A stretch of 64,000 bases of DNA, taken from NCBI RefSeq assembly GCF_964355755.1, contig NC_092676.1:5185888-5249887 (forward strand), in the 5' to 3' direction. The translations under genes were made by a program, and so were the position numbers. The notes under the pieces are model-generated. The model made no database searches and was not told where the DNA came from. It was given only the letters and a program-made list of their open reading frames with translations. Source of the DNA: Antedon mediterranea. Its lineage: Eukaryota; Animalia; Echinodermata. Below are positions 14,161 through 26,530 of this stretch, piece by piece. Numbering within the stretch: the first letter of the stretch is position 1; the number at the start of each line of letters is the position of its first letter.

Positions 14161-14564
14161 CGCGATATTTCTTTTCGTACATAAGTTGAGGACCCCTCAT
14201 GAAACGTCTCAAAATAAACATGAATATTCATTAGTCATACTCATAAGGTGCTGCAAACGCTTTCTACGGTGTAGTCGAGTGGAGTAGACTAGAACTTCGA
14301 ATCCCACCGTGAGCAACTTCTTTTTACTTTATAGTGAGAGAGAGAGATTATTTACATGGTTAGGTTTAGTTATATGTTTAGGAAGTAGTTCGGCTATCTT
14401 TCACATAAAGGGTCCCCAACTTAATCTACGAAAAACAAAATCGCGTGCCAGGACATTATCGTTTGAAAGTACATGCATTCATTAGTGTACGTCTATATCA
14501 CGTTGCCATGAATGAACTATTCATCATAATGCTCATGTTTGTTTGTTTGTTTGTTTGTTTGTTT

Positions 14565-14745
14565 GTGCACAAACAACCCCAGTAGATTTCGAAAGAGGGC
14601 TAACCCGGTATTCTAGTAGGCTACACGCCACGGCCCTGTTTAATAGGCTGGTGGAGTCACTCCTGGAGTGGCAACCTCAGATCCATTGCCTGTAGTAACT
14701 GAATGACGAAACAATTGAGATCATTTCGTCACCCTCATAATCGTC
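14565..14745 (+). mobile_element. Possible degenerate SINE fragment (Deu-like central domain)
   Basis: gtgcacaaacaaccccagtagatttcgaaagagggctaacccggt resembles, from memory, the conserved SINE central-domain motif tgcac..aaagaaccc...ttcgaaaagagtagggg..cccggt. Adjacent to a (GTTT)n tract. Confidence 0.3.
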
Positions 14746-14993
14746 ATAATTGACTTATTTATGACCCGGACCAAAACTGTATAGATACAGTGTCCAACCT
14801 GTACCTACTTTGGTGATTGTCCAACAAAGTGGCTGAATTGAGTCGGTACTCAACTGAAGTCATTTCTTTATTCAGGTGCAGATGTCGTTTATTCTTTATT
14901 GATCGTGTATAAATATTATATATTTATATATATATATATTATATATATAGCTCATGTAATTATTTTCAAGTTGAATCATCGTAAATCGTTTTA

Positions 14994-15129
14994 AGCTTGG
15001 TTCCCACTAGGACGCAACGCAAGTAATTTGACCAATCACAAGCGATGGATTATTCGAACTATTGCTTGTCATTGGTCAACTCGGTTGCGTTGTTCATACG
15101 TCCTTGCGTTGATGTGGGAACCATGAAGC
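14994..15129. mobile_element. PIF/Harbinger-type MITE (AGCTTGGTTCCCACTAG family)
   Basis: Same TIR as the clean copy at 26989-27147. Related copies at ~15248-15440, ~27716-27835, ~41228-41395 and ~41450-41600. Confidence 0.75.
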
Positions 15130-15859
15130 TTTATATGTATAATATTTATATGTACATACTGTATTAACAATATTTGTAATTTAATAAGAGCCGAACGATT
15201 CTAGACTAGTACCACAGGCAAATTCCGTATACAGCATCATTTATTAAAGCTTGGTTCCCACTAGCGACGCAACGTAACGCAATCTCCTCAACGTAAGAAA
15301 ATGCCCTTCCAATAATTGTGTTTTCCCCCGCCTGCGTGAAATTAAACCTGCGATAGATACAGCACTCTTGCGTCGTCGGTTCCCACTTGTTGACGCAATA
15401 CAGCACTTTGCGTCAATACGTTGTTGCGTTGCGTTCTAGTCATATTCGTAACTACAAAACGAGTATAGTTTTTGATCTATTTTGCACATTTTGCTTTTGA
15501 ATCAGGAATGATTCATGATCATAATATAATTATACTTTTATTGAAAGTAATCTACTAAAAAGTAATTTACTAAAATGCCAAGTCAATTTTGATAAATAGC
15601 AGTTTTTAAAGTCCTCATTCGCTTTGATGTTACGCTAGGCCTAGGCAGCCAAGCACCAAGCTACACGTACCTGCGCTTCGCTCAAATTTAACGCAGTCAT
15701 ATTTTGGACGGCCCCTCAATATTTCTTTGCCAGGCGAAACAGATTTTTACTTGCTTACGAAAAACGAATACGTGTGCGTGACGTATTCGTTTTCGTTATC
15801 GTATTCGTAAGGTTGCGAAAACTCCCTAATATCAATTTCTTATAATGAATATTCATTTT

Positions 15860-16711
15860 TTAATCTTCGATCTTTATTTTCATAGCTGCTAGCTTTTCGT
15901 AGTATGGCGTACTATCTTCCACTAATTTCCTTACTTCATCGCTTAGTTCCGAAAACGGCGTTTCTGTTCCCGTACCAGGAGCGCGTGTTGTGAAACCAGT
16001 GCTACTGTAAGAATTGTTGTGCGCGTCAGTCATACCAGCGAACAACGATTGGACACTCTCTGCCCTCCGCCAACGTGGATCAGGACCAGGCTTCCACTTT
16101 AGCATACTCTCACTATACTCAAGGCCTACAATACCACAAAATTTCTTCAAAATTGTACCGGGTGATATTGTAAGATCGTCCGCATCAATGACAACAGGTT
16201 TCTGACCTAAGACGTCCCGAACGTGCTCCAGTAACTCTAGCAAATTCCGATAAGGTGATCCCGGCAAACATTTTTGATCTTTATTGTAGAAACTAGCTTT
16301 GTCTACTCCTATTCCTTGAGCGGTGGCCCTAAGTTTTTCAACAGAAACGTGCACCTTGCTAGGCTTGCGAATCAGAAAAACATGTTGGTACCCTTGAGGG
16401 ATGCATTCGAAGCGGCCATATATCGCCTTTGCCCCATCTTTCGTGAACACCAGGTCTTTACCAGGGTAATCCATCTCTAATGTATTTTTTACGTGCTCGT
16501 ACGTGTAATTCTTTACATCTGGGAGATTTTCAAAAATTGAATCAAATTGTGGAATGATCACTGTTCTTTCAGGACCAAACATTTTCGCTGTGAAGAAAGG
16601 CTCTTGAAAAAGCTGCGCCTTCTCAAACGTAGACATACACTTCAGAAAGGCTGTCGACAAAGAGCGTGGAGTTATCCAAAGTGCTATACGAACTTGACGC
16701 TTTGGTTCCAT
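15860..16711 (-). CDS. Sulfotransferase-like P-loop protein (family often annotated as 'branched-chain aminotransferase-like' N-terminal domain), 283 aa, uninterrupted CDS
   Basis: ORF carries the family motifs IALWITPRSLSTAF, QEPF, HVFLIRKP, PVVIDADDL and FCGIVGLEYSESMLKW. A polypyrimidine tract plus AG (ttttacttttag) sits one base before the ATG, implying a 5'UTR intron. Confidence 0.85.
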   Translation of the reverse strand: MEPKRQVRIALWITPRSLSTAFLKCMSTFEKAQLFQEPFFTAKMFGPERTVIIPQFDSIFENLPDVKNYTYEHVKNTLEMDYPGKDLVFTKDGAKAIYGRFECIPQGYQHVFLIRKPSKVHVSVEKLRATAQGIGVDKASFYNKDQKCLPGSPYRNLLELLEHVRDVLGQKPVVIDADDLTISPGTILKKFCGIVGLEYSESMLKWKPGPDPRWRRAESVQSLFAGMTDAHNNSYSSTGFTTRAPGTGTETPFSELSDEVRKLVEDSTPYYEKLAAMKIKIED

Positions 16712-16857
16712 TCTAAAAAGTAAAATGAAAAATGTGAACTGATTATTATTAACTGAATTAGTCTATATTAGAATTCTGAGTATAAATATACATTTACGCT
16801 TTAATTATTGTCAGCGTGCGCAAGTAATTTGTATAAATAGGTTCAAGTTCAATATCA

Positions 16858-17215
16858 ATATACGGCTTTACCACGTTGAAACACCGGTTCTCGTCAGATC
16901 ACCGAAGTTAAGCAACGTTGGGCCTGGTTAGAGCTTGGATGGGAGACCATCTGGGAATAGCGGGTGCTGTATACGGAGCTGGGGTCCCGTTAAGCATTTG
17001 AAATCAGCACTGCTGACTCTTATGGCAGCCCCTGCATCTAGTATCTGCCTCAGACCTCTGGTCAAGGTGGGCACTGGACGAGAGAAGCCCTTGATCAATG
17101 TCAGGACCAATCAAGGTGCTTTAAACTCTCCTGGCTTTGTTTGTATCAAACCTGTTAGTGGCGGTAATTATCGCTGTTGGTTTCGATTGAATAAAATAAA
17201 ATAAATAAAATAAAT
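16858..17215 (+). mobile_element. 5S-rRNA-derived SINE (SINE3-type)
   Basis: 16858-16975 is a near full-length 5S rRNA homologue (tacggctttaccacgttgaaacaccggttctcgtcagatcaccgaagttaagcaacg...ttggatgggagacc...tgggaatagcgggtgctgta). There is no oligo-T terminator. It continues into a ~215-bp unrelated body and an (AAAT)n-like tail. Confidence 0.8.
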
Positions 17216-18199
17216 ATATTATCTCAACAATACGCTAACATTTAAGTCCTCCACGCTCTGTCGGCAAAAGACATGGAACGTTTGATCTCGGACTGATTCA
17301 AGTCCTTGTATTTTTGTCCATTTATATAACGCCCTTTTCCTTAAAAAAAAAACATGGTCAAATGCGCTTTACATATTTACATAAACAATTAGATAAAAAG
17401 TTACATAGATACATAGATAAATAAAAGTACGGATACAATTTAAAATAAATCTATAATAATACAGAACAAACAAATTTTGTAGTTCTACTTCTTTCGGAAA
17501 TTCATTGCTCGTTTTACAAATATATAAAAATGTATAACAATATAGAAGGTAAAAAATTTACAAAAAAAGAAGAAAACGCCACAAAACAGGAGTACAAATT
17601 TAACAATGAATCGTCAATTACGTTTAAAAAATGTGTTAAAAAGAAGAAGGTACCGGTTGGTGCGAGAGGTCCAACAATTCAGAAGAAGAGGATTCGGATG
17701 GCATTAACTATGTTTAGAATAGAGGCTAACACTTTCCTAAAGTTTGCTATTGTTCCTTAACACTAGTATGATTTTAAAATGAAAACTACTTATCAATAAA
17801 TATTGTAGGCCTAGGCCTACCTTTTGCACATGTGAATAACACAAATGGAAAAGGAACAAGTACCTGTATAGGCCTACACGAATAACAAAAAAGTCTGTTC
17901 CAAATAGGAAGGTGTTTATCCAGCCGAAGAAGTGAGTGTTCTTTAAATACATTTAAGAAGTACCTGTAAGACTGCGATATCCGGAATATTATATCCTAAA
18001 GAGATATTTACACGACCAGTAGATTTAGCCTACTAACTGCGGTTTTTGCACGTGAACGATCGTGTATGGTAAAGCTTATACCGTTATAATGCAAACACAA
18101 TCGTAATACAAAACTAGATTTGAATATTACACCACACCTACGTTAAACAAATTTAAAAAAAATAAAAAGGTACTTTAGTTTAGTTGTTTTGGTAATTTG

Positions 18200-20680
18200 T
18201 AGTTTGGATCTTAATGAAGGGTCAAAATTTTGTCATTTAAACAAAAAACTGTCGAAAAATGATCGAAGTTTTATTTTTGACATAACTGGTTATTATAATA
18301 TTATAATTGACATGCAAAGAATCATGTGTGTTCTGTGCAGGTTACTTCAACGTCAATATTTTGGAAATTTTTTGAGAAAAAAAAACATCAAAACAAATTT
18401 TAACAATGACAATTTTTTTAATACATTTTTAATCTGTTCGACGCTTGTTACCTCAATACTTAATTAATTTGTGACCACTTTTCGAAAAACAATCCGTGTA
18501 CAGGGAAATTTTTCGAAAAATTGCAAAATTTCGACCCTATTATTTTGTGATGATAACAACCGTATGGACAAATAAAATGAACTATTTTAAAAGGTCGATA
18601 TTTTGGGCATTTTTCGAAAAAGTCCATGTACATGGATTTTTTCAGAAAATGGCAAAATTTCGACCCTTTTACTATTTTTCGACAAAACTGTGTATTATGG
18701 TTCCACAAGTTGTTGCAAAGCAACATATGCGCACATATGGCAATATTATCGCATAATTATTGAATTTTAAAAAGTCGATATTTAGGGCGTTTTTCGAAAA
18801 AATCCATGTACTATAGGCCTAGTACATGGATTTTTTTCAGAAAATGGCAAAAATTTTGACGCTTTTATTTTTTGACAAAACTGTGTATTATGACTCTATA
18901 AGTTGTTGCAAAGCAATATATGCGCACATATAGCGATCTTATTGCATAATTATTGAATTTTAAAAAGTCGATATTTTGGGAATTTTTCGAAAAAATCCAT
19001 GTACTATTAGTACATGGATTTGTTCAGAAAATGGCAAAATTTCGACGCTTTTATTTTTCGACAAACCTGTGTATTATGACTCTATAAGTTGTTGCAAAGC
19101 AATATATGCGCACATATAGCGATCTTATCGCCTAATTATTGAATTCTAAAAAGTCGATATTTTGGGCATTTTTCGAAAAAATCCATGTACTATAGTACAT
19201 GGATTTTTTCAGAAAATGGCAAAATGTCGACGCTTTTATTTTTTGACAAAACTGTGTATTATGGCCCTATAAGTTGTTGCAAAGCAATATATGCGCACAT
19301 ATAGCGATCTTATCGCATAATTATTGAATTTTAAAAAGTCGATATTTTAGGCATTTTTCGAAAATGGCACAATTTCGACCCTTTTATTTTTCGACAAAAC
19401 TGTGTATTATAGCTCTACAAGTTGTTGCAAAGTAATATATGCGCACATAATGGCAATATTATCGCATAATAATTGAATTTTAAAAAGTCGATATTTTGGG
19501 AATTTTTCAAAACAATCCATGTACTATAGTACATGGATTTTTTTCAGAAAATGGCAAAATGTGGACGCTTTTATTTTTCGACAAAACTGTGTATTATGGC
19601 CCTATAAGTTGTTGCACATAGTGCGATATTATTGCATAATTATTGAATTCTAAAAAGTCGATATTTTGGGAATTTTTCGAAAAAATCCATGTACTATAGT
19701 ACATGGATTTTTTCAGAAAATGTCAAAATTTCGACGTTCTGATTTTTCGGCAAAACTGTGTATTATGGCCCTATAAGTTATTGCAAAGCAATTTATGCGC
19801 ACATATTGCGACATTACCGCATAATTATTGAATTTTAAAAGGTCGATATTTTGGGCATTTTTCGAAAAAAATCCATGTACATGGATTTTTTCAGAAAATG
19901 GCAAAATTTCGACCCTTTCATTTTTCGACAAAACTGTGTATTATGGCCCTATAAGTTGTTGCAAAGCAATATATGCGCACATAATTGCGATACTATCGCA
20001 TAATTATTGAATTTTAAAAGGTCGATATTTTGGGTATTTTTTCAGAAAATGGCAAAATTTCAACGGTTTTATTTTTCGACAAAACTGTGTATTATGGCTC
20101 TATAAGTTTTTGCAAAGCAACATATGCGCACATATAGCGATATTATCGCATAATTATTGAATTTTAAAAAGTCAATATTTTGGGCATTTTCCGAAAAAAT
20201 CCATGTACATGGATTTTTTCAGAAAATGGAAACATTTCGACGCTTTTATTTTTCGACAAATCTGTGTATTATGGCCCTATAAGTTGTTGCAAAGCAATAT
20301 ATGCGCACATATTGCGATATTATTGCATAATTATTGAATTTTAAAAAGTGGATATTTTGGCCATTTTTCGAAAAAATAACTGTACTATTATTAGTACAGG
20401 GAAGTTTTACAAAAATTGCAACATTTGGACCCTTTTATTTTATTTTTTAAAATGGCATCCGCAGAATCACATAATCTGCGCATGTTACCTCAATATTATA
20501 ATAAAGTCAATTTTTCTTTCAATTTTTCGAGAAAAAAAACCCTGTACTATATTATGCATAGGTTACCTAAATACAAACAAAAAACTCCGTAATATAATTA
20601 GTACAGGGACATTTTCGAAAAATTGACAATGTGTTCTGCGCATGTTACCTCATTACACAATTCTGTATGTCGATATTTTT
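18200..20680. repeat. ~150-190-bp satellite, about 10 well-conserved units plus degenerate flanks
   Basis: ttttaaaaagtcgatattttgggcatttttcgaaaaaatccatgtac...gcataattattgaa recurs at ~18766, 18958, 19145, 19330 and onward. Each full unit holds the palindrome aaaatccatgtac(tatagtac)atggatttt. Confidence 0.92.
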
Positions 20681-21260
20681 TAAAAAGATCAACAAACTGC
20701 ATATCACACGTGTGACAGTAAACTACAAATTTGAGACAATTCACACACTGCAAGAAAATGAAGCTATTTTTGAAAATCTGTTCTCATATAATTAGCCATA
20801 TTATAATTGTCACCAAATCCTAGCAACAGCAAATGGATCCACTTCTCTGCAACTATTTGTAAAATATGCATTGGTCTTCATCCTTTCAAAATATTTTGGT
20901 CAAAGCATTGTTTACTTTCTCTGCACTATCAAATGTAAACTTACTAAGTCCTCCTTAATTAGGTCAATAAAGTCAAGTTCAAAGTGTCAATCCAATCCCA
21001 GTGCATTTAACATTTATACGCATAATACTATAGGTGCGGATACAGAAGTTCCAATAGAGGAAACGCAAGAAATTCAAGAAAATTATGTAAGACATTGTTT
21101 TTTTTTTAAATAATATTATTTTATTTTGAGAGCAAAACGAATCGTACAATATATTTCAGGTAGGGATCTGTTTTGCAAATCGATCCTTACCAATTACACA
21201 GCCTTTTCTAAAAAAACGATCAAATTTTCCTCTTATTAGATTTCACCGTTCATTGTTATA

Positions 21261-22637
21261 ACCGTAAATCTTCTGGGTTACTATTAGAATGGGTTACTAT
21301 TAGATTGGGGTTACTATTAGAGTAGTGGGTTACTATTAATAATCTTAAATTAGGCACTTGAAAATAGTAACCCACCCCCAACTTTTCAGGTCAGCAAATC
21401 ATAGCAAAATAATAAAACAGTACGAATAAACAAAATTGTTTGAACTCTTTGAACTTTATCTTATAAACTCAAAAACACTCAATCCTGCATGCATTAACTC
21501 CTTATTTTCAAAATACGGCTGCATCATAGGCCCCGTTTCTGCTGCCAAGAAAATACCGTATTTTATACGGTATTTCTTTAATACCATATATATACCGTAT
21601 TTTTTTGGCAGCGGAAACTGCGCTCATAAAAAAAATACCGTATTTTGTATACCATATTTTCCCCACAAAATGTGTGGATAAAATACGATATTTACAAATT
21701 TATACCGTATTTTTTGTACCCTTTTCTGCTGCCAATAAAAAATACCATATTTTTTTTTTACCTGTGACATGAGGTCAACATCGTGTTTTTATTCTGTCGC
21801 TGTCAGCTGTTTTACACACGTGTATATTAGATAGATATATTCGGCGAAAATGTGTAGCGAAGACGTCACAGTATTTACTATATAAATCTGTGTGGGGAAG
21901 GGGGAAGCTAAAATGTCCGGCCAACTAAAAGGTAATAAAAGGGACAACCACATTTATAAAGACATTTCTAAAAAAAATAAAGCAGGAGTACGGAATAGAG
22001 TTGTCTCCAAAGCAAGTAAACTCAAAGCTGAAGAGCCTGCGAAAGCAGTACAACATTGCAAAATACAATAACTCGGGGAGGGAACGAATTACTTGTCCCC
22101 ATTGCGATGTTTTCTGTTCTCTCACAACATCTCTATCACTAGGGCTAGGCTGTTGAAAGTGAGAGGAAAAACTTCCTTTATTGCGACTTTTAATTATCGA
22201 CCAAATAAATGAATGGCAATTTGGATAAAAAGGATGAAATTTAACACGACCACCCAAGAAGTATTGTTAGCAGAAACGGGGTACTAAAAAATACGGTATA
22301 AAAAATACCGTATTTTATACCGTATTTTTATACCGTATTTTGAGCAGTTGCAGCAGAAACAGGCCCATAAACGACCAGTCTTCAAAACGTCATGTTGTCA
22401 ATAGTTTTTGTGACTCTAATTAAACCCCATGGGTTACTTTAGTGGGTTATTATTATAGATTGACTTTGGGGTGGGTTACTATTAGAAGGGGGTTACTATT
22501 ATAAGGGGGTTATTATTAGAGTGTGGGTTACTATTAGAAAGGGGTTACTATTAGAAGTGGGTTACTATTAGAAGGGGGGGTTACTATTAGAAGGGGGTTA
22601 TTATTAGAGTGTGGGTTACTATTAGAAGATTTACGGT
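21261..22637. mobile_element. Tc1/mariner-like non-autonomous element with GGGTTACTATTAG subterminal repeats
   Basis: TIR ACCGTAAATCTTCT / AGAAGATTTACGGT(A). gggttactattag repeats lie near both ends. Interrupted by the Harbinger derivative below. Confidence 0.65.
21529..22366 (+). mobile_element. PIF/Harbinger deletion derivative carrying a frameshifted Myb/SANT-like ORF fragment
   Basis: TIR GGCCCCGTTTCTGCTGC / GCAGCAGAAACAGGCCC and 3-bp TSD ATA. Region ~21925-22110 translates LKGNKRDNHIYKDISKK/(+1 frameshift in A-run)/IKQEYGIELSPKQVNSKLKSLRKQYNIAKYNNSGRERITCPHCD. Confidence 0.8.
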
Positions 22638-22851
22638 ACTCTATTACTCTGATCGTTGCCATATTGCCACGACGATCCGATGAAAAAGCTATTAGACTTA
22701 GATTATCTTTACAAAGATTGCCTTGTTGGAAAGCCTTGTACGTATCAGTGTGAAATCATGAATGATACCAACTCGCGCAAACAAAATTACGTTGCTCCAT
22801 AGTCCTTTCCTGAAAACACATTAATGTCAATCATGTCTCCTCCATAGGAGC

Positions 22852-25839
22852 ATGTCTTCCCAGAAAGGAACCGCCCATTCAGCAGGTCAATACCGAAGGG
22901 TCACAGTCGAACCGGTATTGTTACTGGGGACGTTCGCATTGTCTATGGTCGTCACATTACGCACTCAATACACAAACCTCCGAGTGGCCGAAAGTCACAA
23001 CGTCACGTCATCAACAAATCAGAATGTAATATGTTACCCGAATGAAAGTGATTCTACTTCTATAAATGATGAAATCCAATCAGAAACATCACTCTTAATC
23101 ACGTATATGTCGGTTGCCGAATTTCTTCCACCGTTGTTTGTTTCGATGATTGTGGGCTCGTGGAGTGAATCTCACGGGCGTAAATTTGCAATGGTAATTC
23201 CGTCTGTGGCATTTGTAGTTGCGTGTGCACTATACCTTATTTTTGTATACATGGAGGCACCTGTTTACTATCTAATCGGCGTTAACTTTATCCAGGGTCT
23301 TGGTGGTGACGTGGGCTTGTTCCAGGCAGCGTGTTTTGCCTATATGGCTGACATCACTCACAATAAACCACGAATGTTTCGCATGGTAATCTTGGAAACA
23401 ACCATCTACGCAGGGTCTGGACTCTCCCAGGTTTGTTTAGAGTACCTCCTAAAATCTAAGGGCTACAAAGCTTCATTTTGGCTCGCATTTGCTGTAGGTC
23501 TATCTACCATAATTTGGATTATAACGCCGGGCCTACTTAAAGAATCAATTCATAACAGAATGGAAAACAGCGGCACTCTAAACCTCCCTTCTGATGAAGA
23601 TTGTAAATCTCAAACCACAGTTCTTTACAAGCTTCAACAAATTCCGAAATTGTTTACCAAAAGAGAAAACGAGCCTAGGCGTCAATTCAGACTGATTGTC
23701 ATACTGACTATTTTCTTCTTATTTGTTGTGTTGTGGACAAGTTTTGTTTCACTTGTAGCTCTGTACGGTCTTGGACAACCGTTTTGTTGGGCACCAGTAA
23801 CACTCGGGTACTACACCGCAGCCGGAGCCATCTTTCCAGGACTTGGTAACTATGCTTATACAAAGTGACCCATCATACCATAATCTACGTTTTTATTTTA
23901 AAAATATAATTGCGCTAAAAGCGAAGTCTTATTAAGCGTATACCTTTGGGATACCAAGAAACTTAATTGAAGTTTCTCCGGAATAAGTTTCTCGTAGTTT
24001 CGTTTACATTATATATATATATATACATATAATTTTCAGTGTTCAAGTGAAATTTACTGGAATCCATCTCGGCCACTTAGTGTGTGGTTTGTATTAAATT
24101 CGGTGGGACGTCAGGTCCACTACATGGAGTCTATACCATTGAGCAACACAGTCACAAAAATACGTGTAATTTTATCTTAAATATTATTAGGCTTATATCA
24201 TTAATTTTCTTACAAATACTGTTATTATAGGAATGCTAATCGGTGGAAAATTGTTGGGGCTATGCTTGAGTAAGTTATGGATTATACAAATAAGTTTCAT
24301 CTCTTCAGTCACACAGGCAATGTTAACAGCTGTTGCACCAAACACTTTGTGTTTACTACTGTGTAAGTATAACCGATACATTAATTAATTATCCTGTTTG
24401 TTACGGAGCTTGAGCTTCGATTTTTCGTCGACATAGGACAATGAAGGTACAGCTATTCGCATATGTTGAAATTGGTTTGGCCATTTTTGGAAGTCGTCTT
24501 CGGACCTAATTTCGTCGATTTTAATTCCGGGTGACGACATTGGATTCTGCGCATTTTAACCCTTTTTGGGGTAGACCTACGGTCTTTGCTAAAATATCAA
24601 TTTCGGATAAAACTAACAAAGCAAGCTTTTACTTAGAAGTGAGGCGTGGAAGAAATAAAAACGTAGGTCTTGCGATGTGTTTTAAATAGCATAAAACTTG
24701 GTGAATTTTTGTTTTTTCTTGCTGAGGCAGGTAGAACTTCTCCCCTTTCCACCCTCCCCAGTCATAATGCATTATACGTTTCCTTAACAGCCACAGCTGG
24801 AGGATCATTACGGACTCTAGCAGCACCGATGACGAAAACATTGACAGCTGATCTCGTGTCGGAAAATGAACAAGGTATAGGCCTATTAACATTTATTACA
24901 AAATAATCTGAACAATAAATAACGATGGAGATCGATATTGTCCACTTTCTACATTCATTCATTCGTTGGCTAGTACCACTTACATCGTTCTGGGTCTAGC
25001 GGATAATTAATCGAACTCGTCAATAGATACCAAGGTGATTTGCCGATCCAGCTGATCTGGCTGCACCCTCATTTCTACCGAAGTCGAACTTTCTCGAACT
25101 CTGAAGTAAGAGTGAAATTGGCCGATTGGCCAAATCTAGACATTCAATAGTTTCTCACCTAAACCCGAATTGTTGAACAATTGTGTACGGAAAATAGCTC
25201 TGGATACTGCTCATTTTTAGGTATAGCATTTGCAACTATAGCCTGTCTTCAATCAATCGGCGGATTGATATCACCACTTCTGTTGTATTCTATATACTCA
25301 GCGACCACATCACTTCTTCCTCAATTCACGTTCTACTTTGTTGCATCAATGTGTTTGATTCCAATGGGACTGACAAGGTACACATCTTTAAAATATGTTT
25401 TAAGTCATTAAGCTCTGTCTACACTATTAAACTTCATGTGACAACAAAATGTGATGTGCCTATATATGGACATGATGTCATATCATTACCATATTTGACC
25501 ATATCACTACTATATTTGGGCACATCACACTTTTTTTCAAAACTAGTTTGATAGTGTAGACATAGCTTTACGACACACTTACAAAGTAATCAACGGTGTA
25601 TCGTACCGATATCAATTGGTCGTTTGAAAAGAGCTTTGGCGAATCTACTATAAACTCGTACCACTAACTTTCACTGTCTGCGCAATGCCGAAATCCCAGC
25701 GCAGAATCTTAAACATTCTTTTTTTTTTTAATTCATAGGCCTATATTGTTTTTTTTTCAATAGCGTTCTACAGTGTACATGGAAAACAACCACGGAATAC
25801 AAGGTGATCAATGACGGAAGGACTGTACCCTCAAATTAG
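22852..25839 (+). CDS. SLC46-family (PCFT-like) MFS transporter, paralogue A, ~480 aa; coding exons 22852-23845, 24231-24362, 24791-24874, 25221-25377, 25764-25839
   Basis: Family motifs VTVEP, QY, GSWSESHGRK, AYMADIT, RMVILE, PFCW and VSENEQG-IAFA. All junctions are GT-AG and the joined frame is open (1443 nt). C-terminal YKVI. Confidence 0.9.
25411..25567. mobile_element. PIF/Harbinger-type MITE in intron 4 of paralogue A
   Basis: TIR AGCTCTGTCTACACTAT / ATAGTGTAGACATAGCT, flanked by TTA on both sides. Confidence 0.8.
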
Positions 25840-26530
25840 TTAATGCTCCAGATTCTCGGATTTATCTACAAATCTACATAAATGTGTAAAGTATAAGGTA
25901 TATTCCGTAATATAGCACGTGTGTGCCTCACATGTGACTGTAGTGTATCATGGAAGGTTACGTTATGGATTACGAGTCAGATAATGTGACAGGCCTACAC
26001 ATGCGATGATGTGTCACTGATTTTGGCATAATTAATACAGGACGATCGGCTGGTAAATAATAAAATACTAAATAATAGTTCATCAAATCAAACTGATCTG
26101 GAACGACCTTTATTTATATATATATATATTAATATATAATTCTAACAAACAAGATAAAATAGTGGTAGTACTATAAGTTGTATCTCAACATTCATTAGCC
26201 TATATAATGAAATGTCTCCAATTACTGTTCTGTTTTGCACTAAGATAAAATCCAGGCCTCTTCATAGTGACACAGAACCTATATTCATTCCCTATTGATA
26301 ATTACGGCACAGGTATTCACACAGCCTGTTTCCACTAGGCGAATCTAGAATTACTCTCCGCATAAAAACGCTTCGATAATAACGCAAATAAACATTGTTT
26401 TGTTCTGATTGCTTGCGCAGTTTTTTCACGTCACAAACAGTGGATGAAAATATTATTACGCATGCGCACTAGTCAACTCTCTCGAGAATTCGCCCAATGG
26501 AAAAGAGGCTTTTCCCGCGCGTATACTCCG

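Noticed and set aside
14690-14745. Hammerhead ribozyme (ctgaatgacgaaac...tttcgtca)
   Set aside because: Only a simple hairpin. I could not build the CUGANGA/GAAA core with three stems on either strand.
16858-16975. Functional 5S rRNA gene
   Set aside because: It is a single copy with several substitutions and no oligo-T terminator, and it continues into a body and A-rich tail. SINE or pseudogene fits better.
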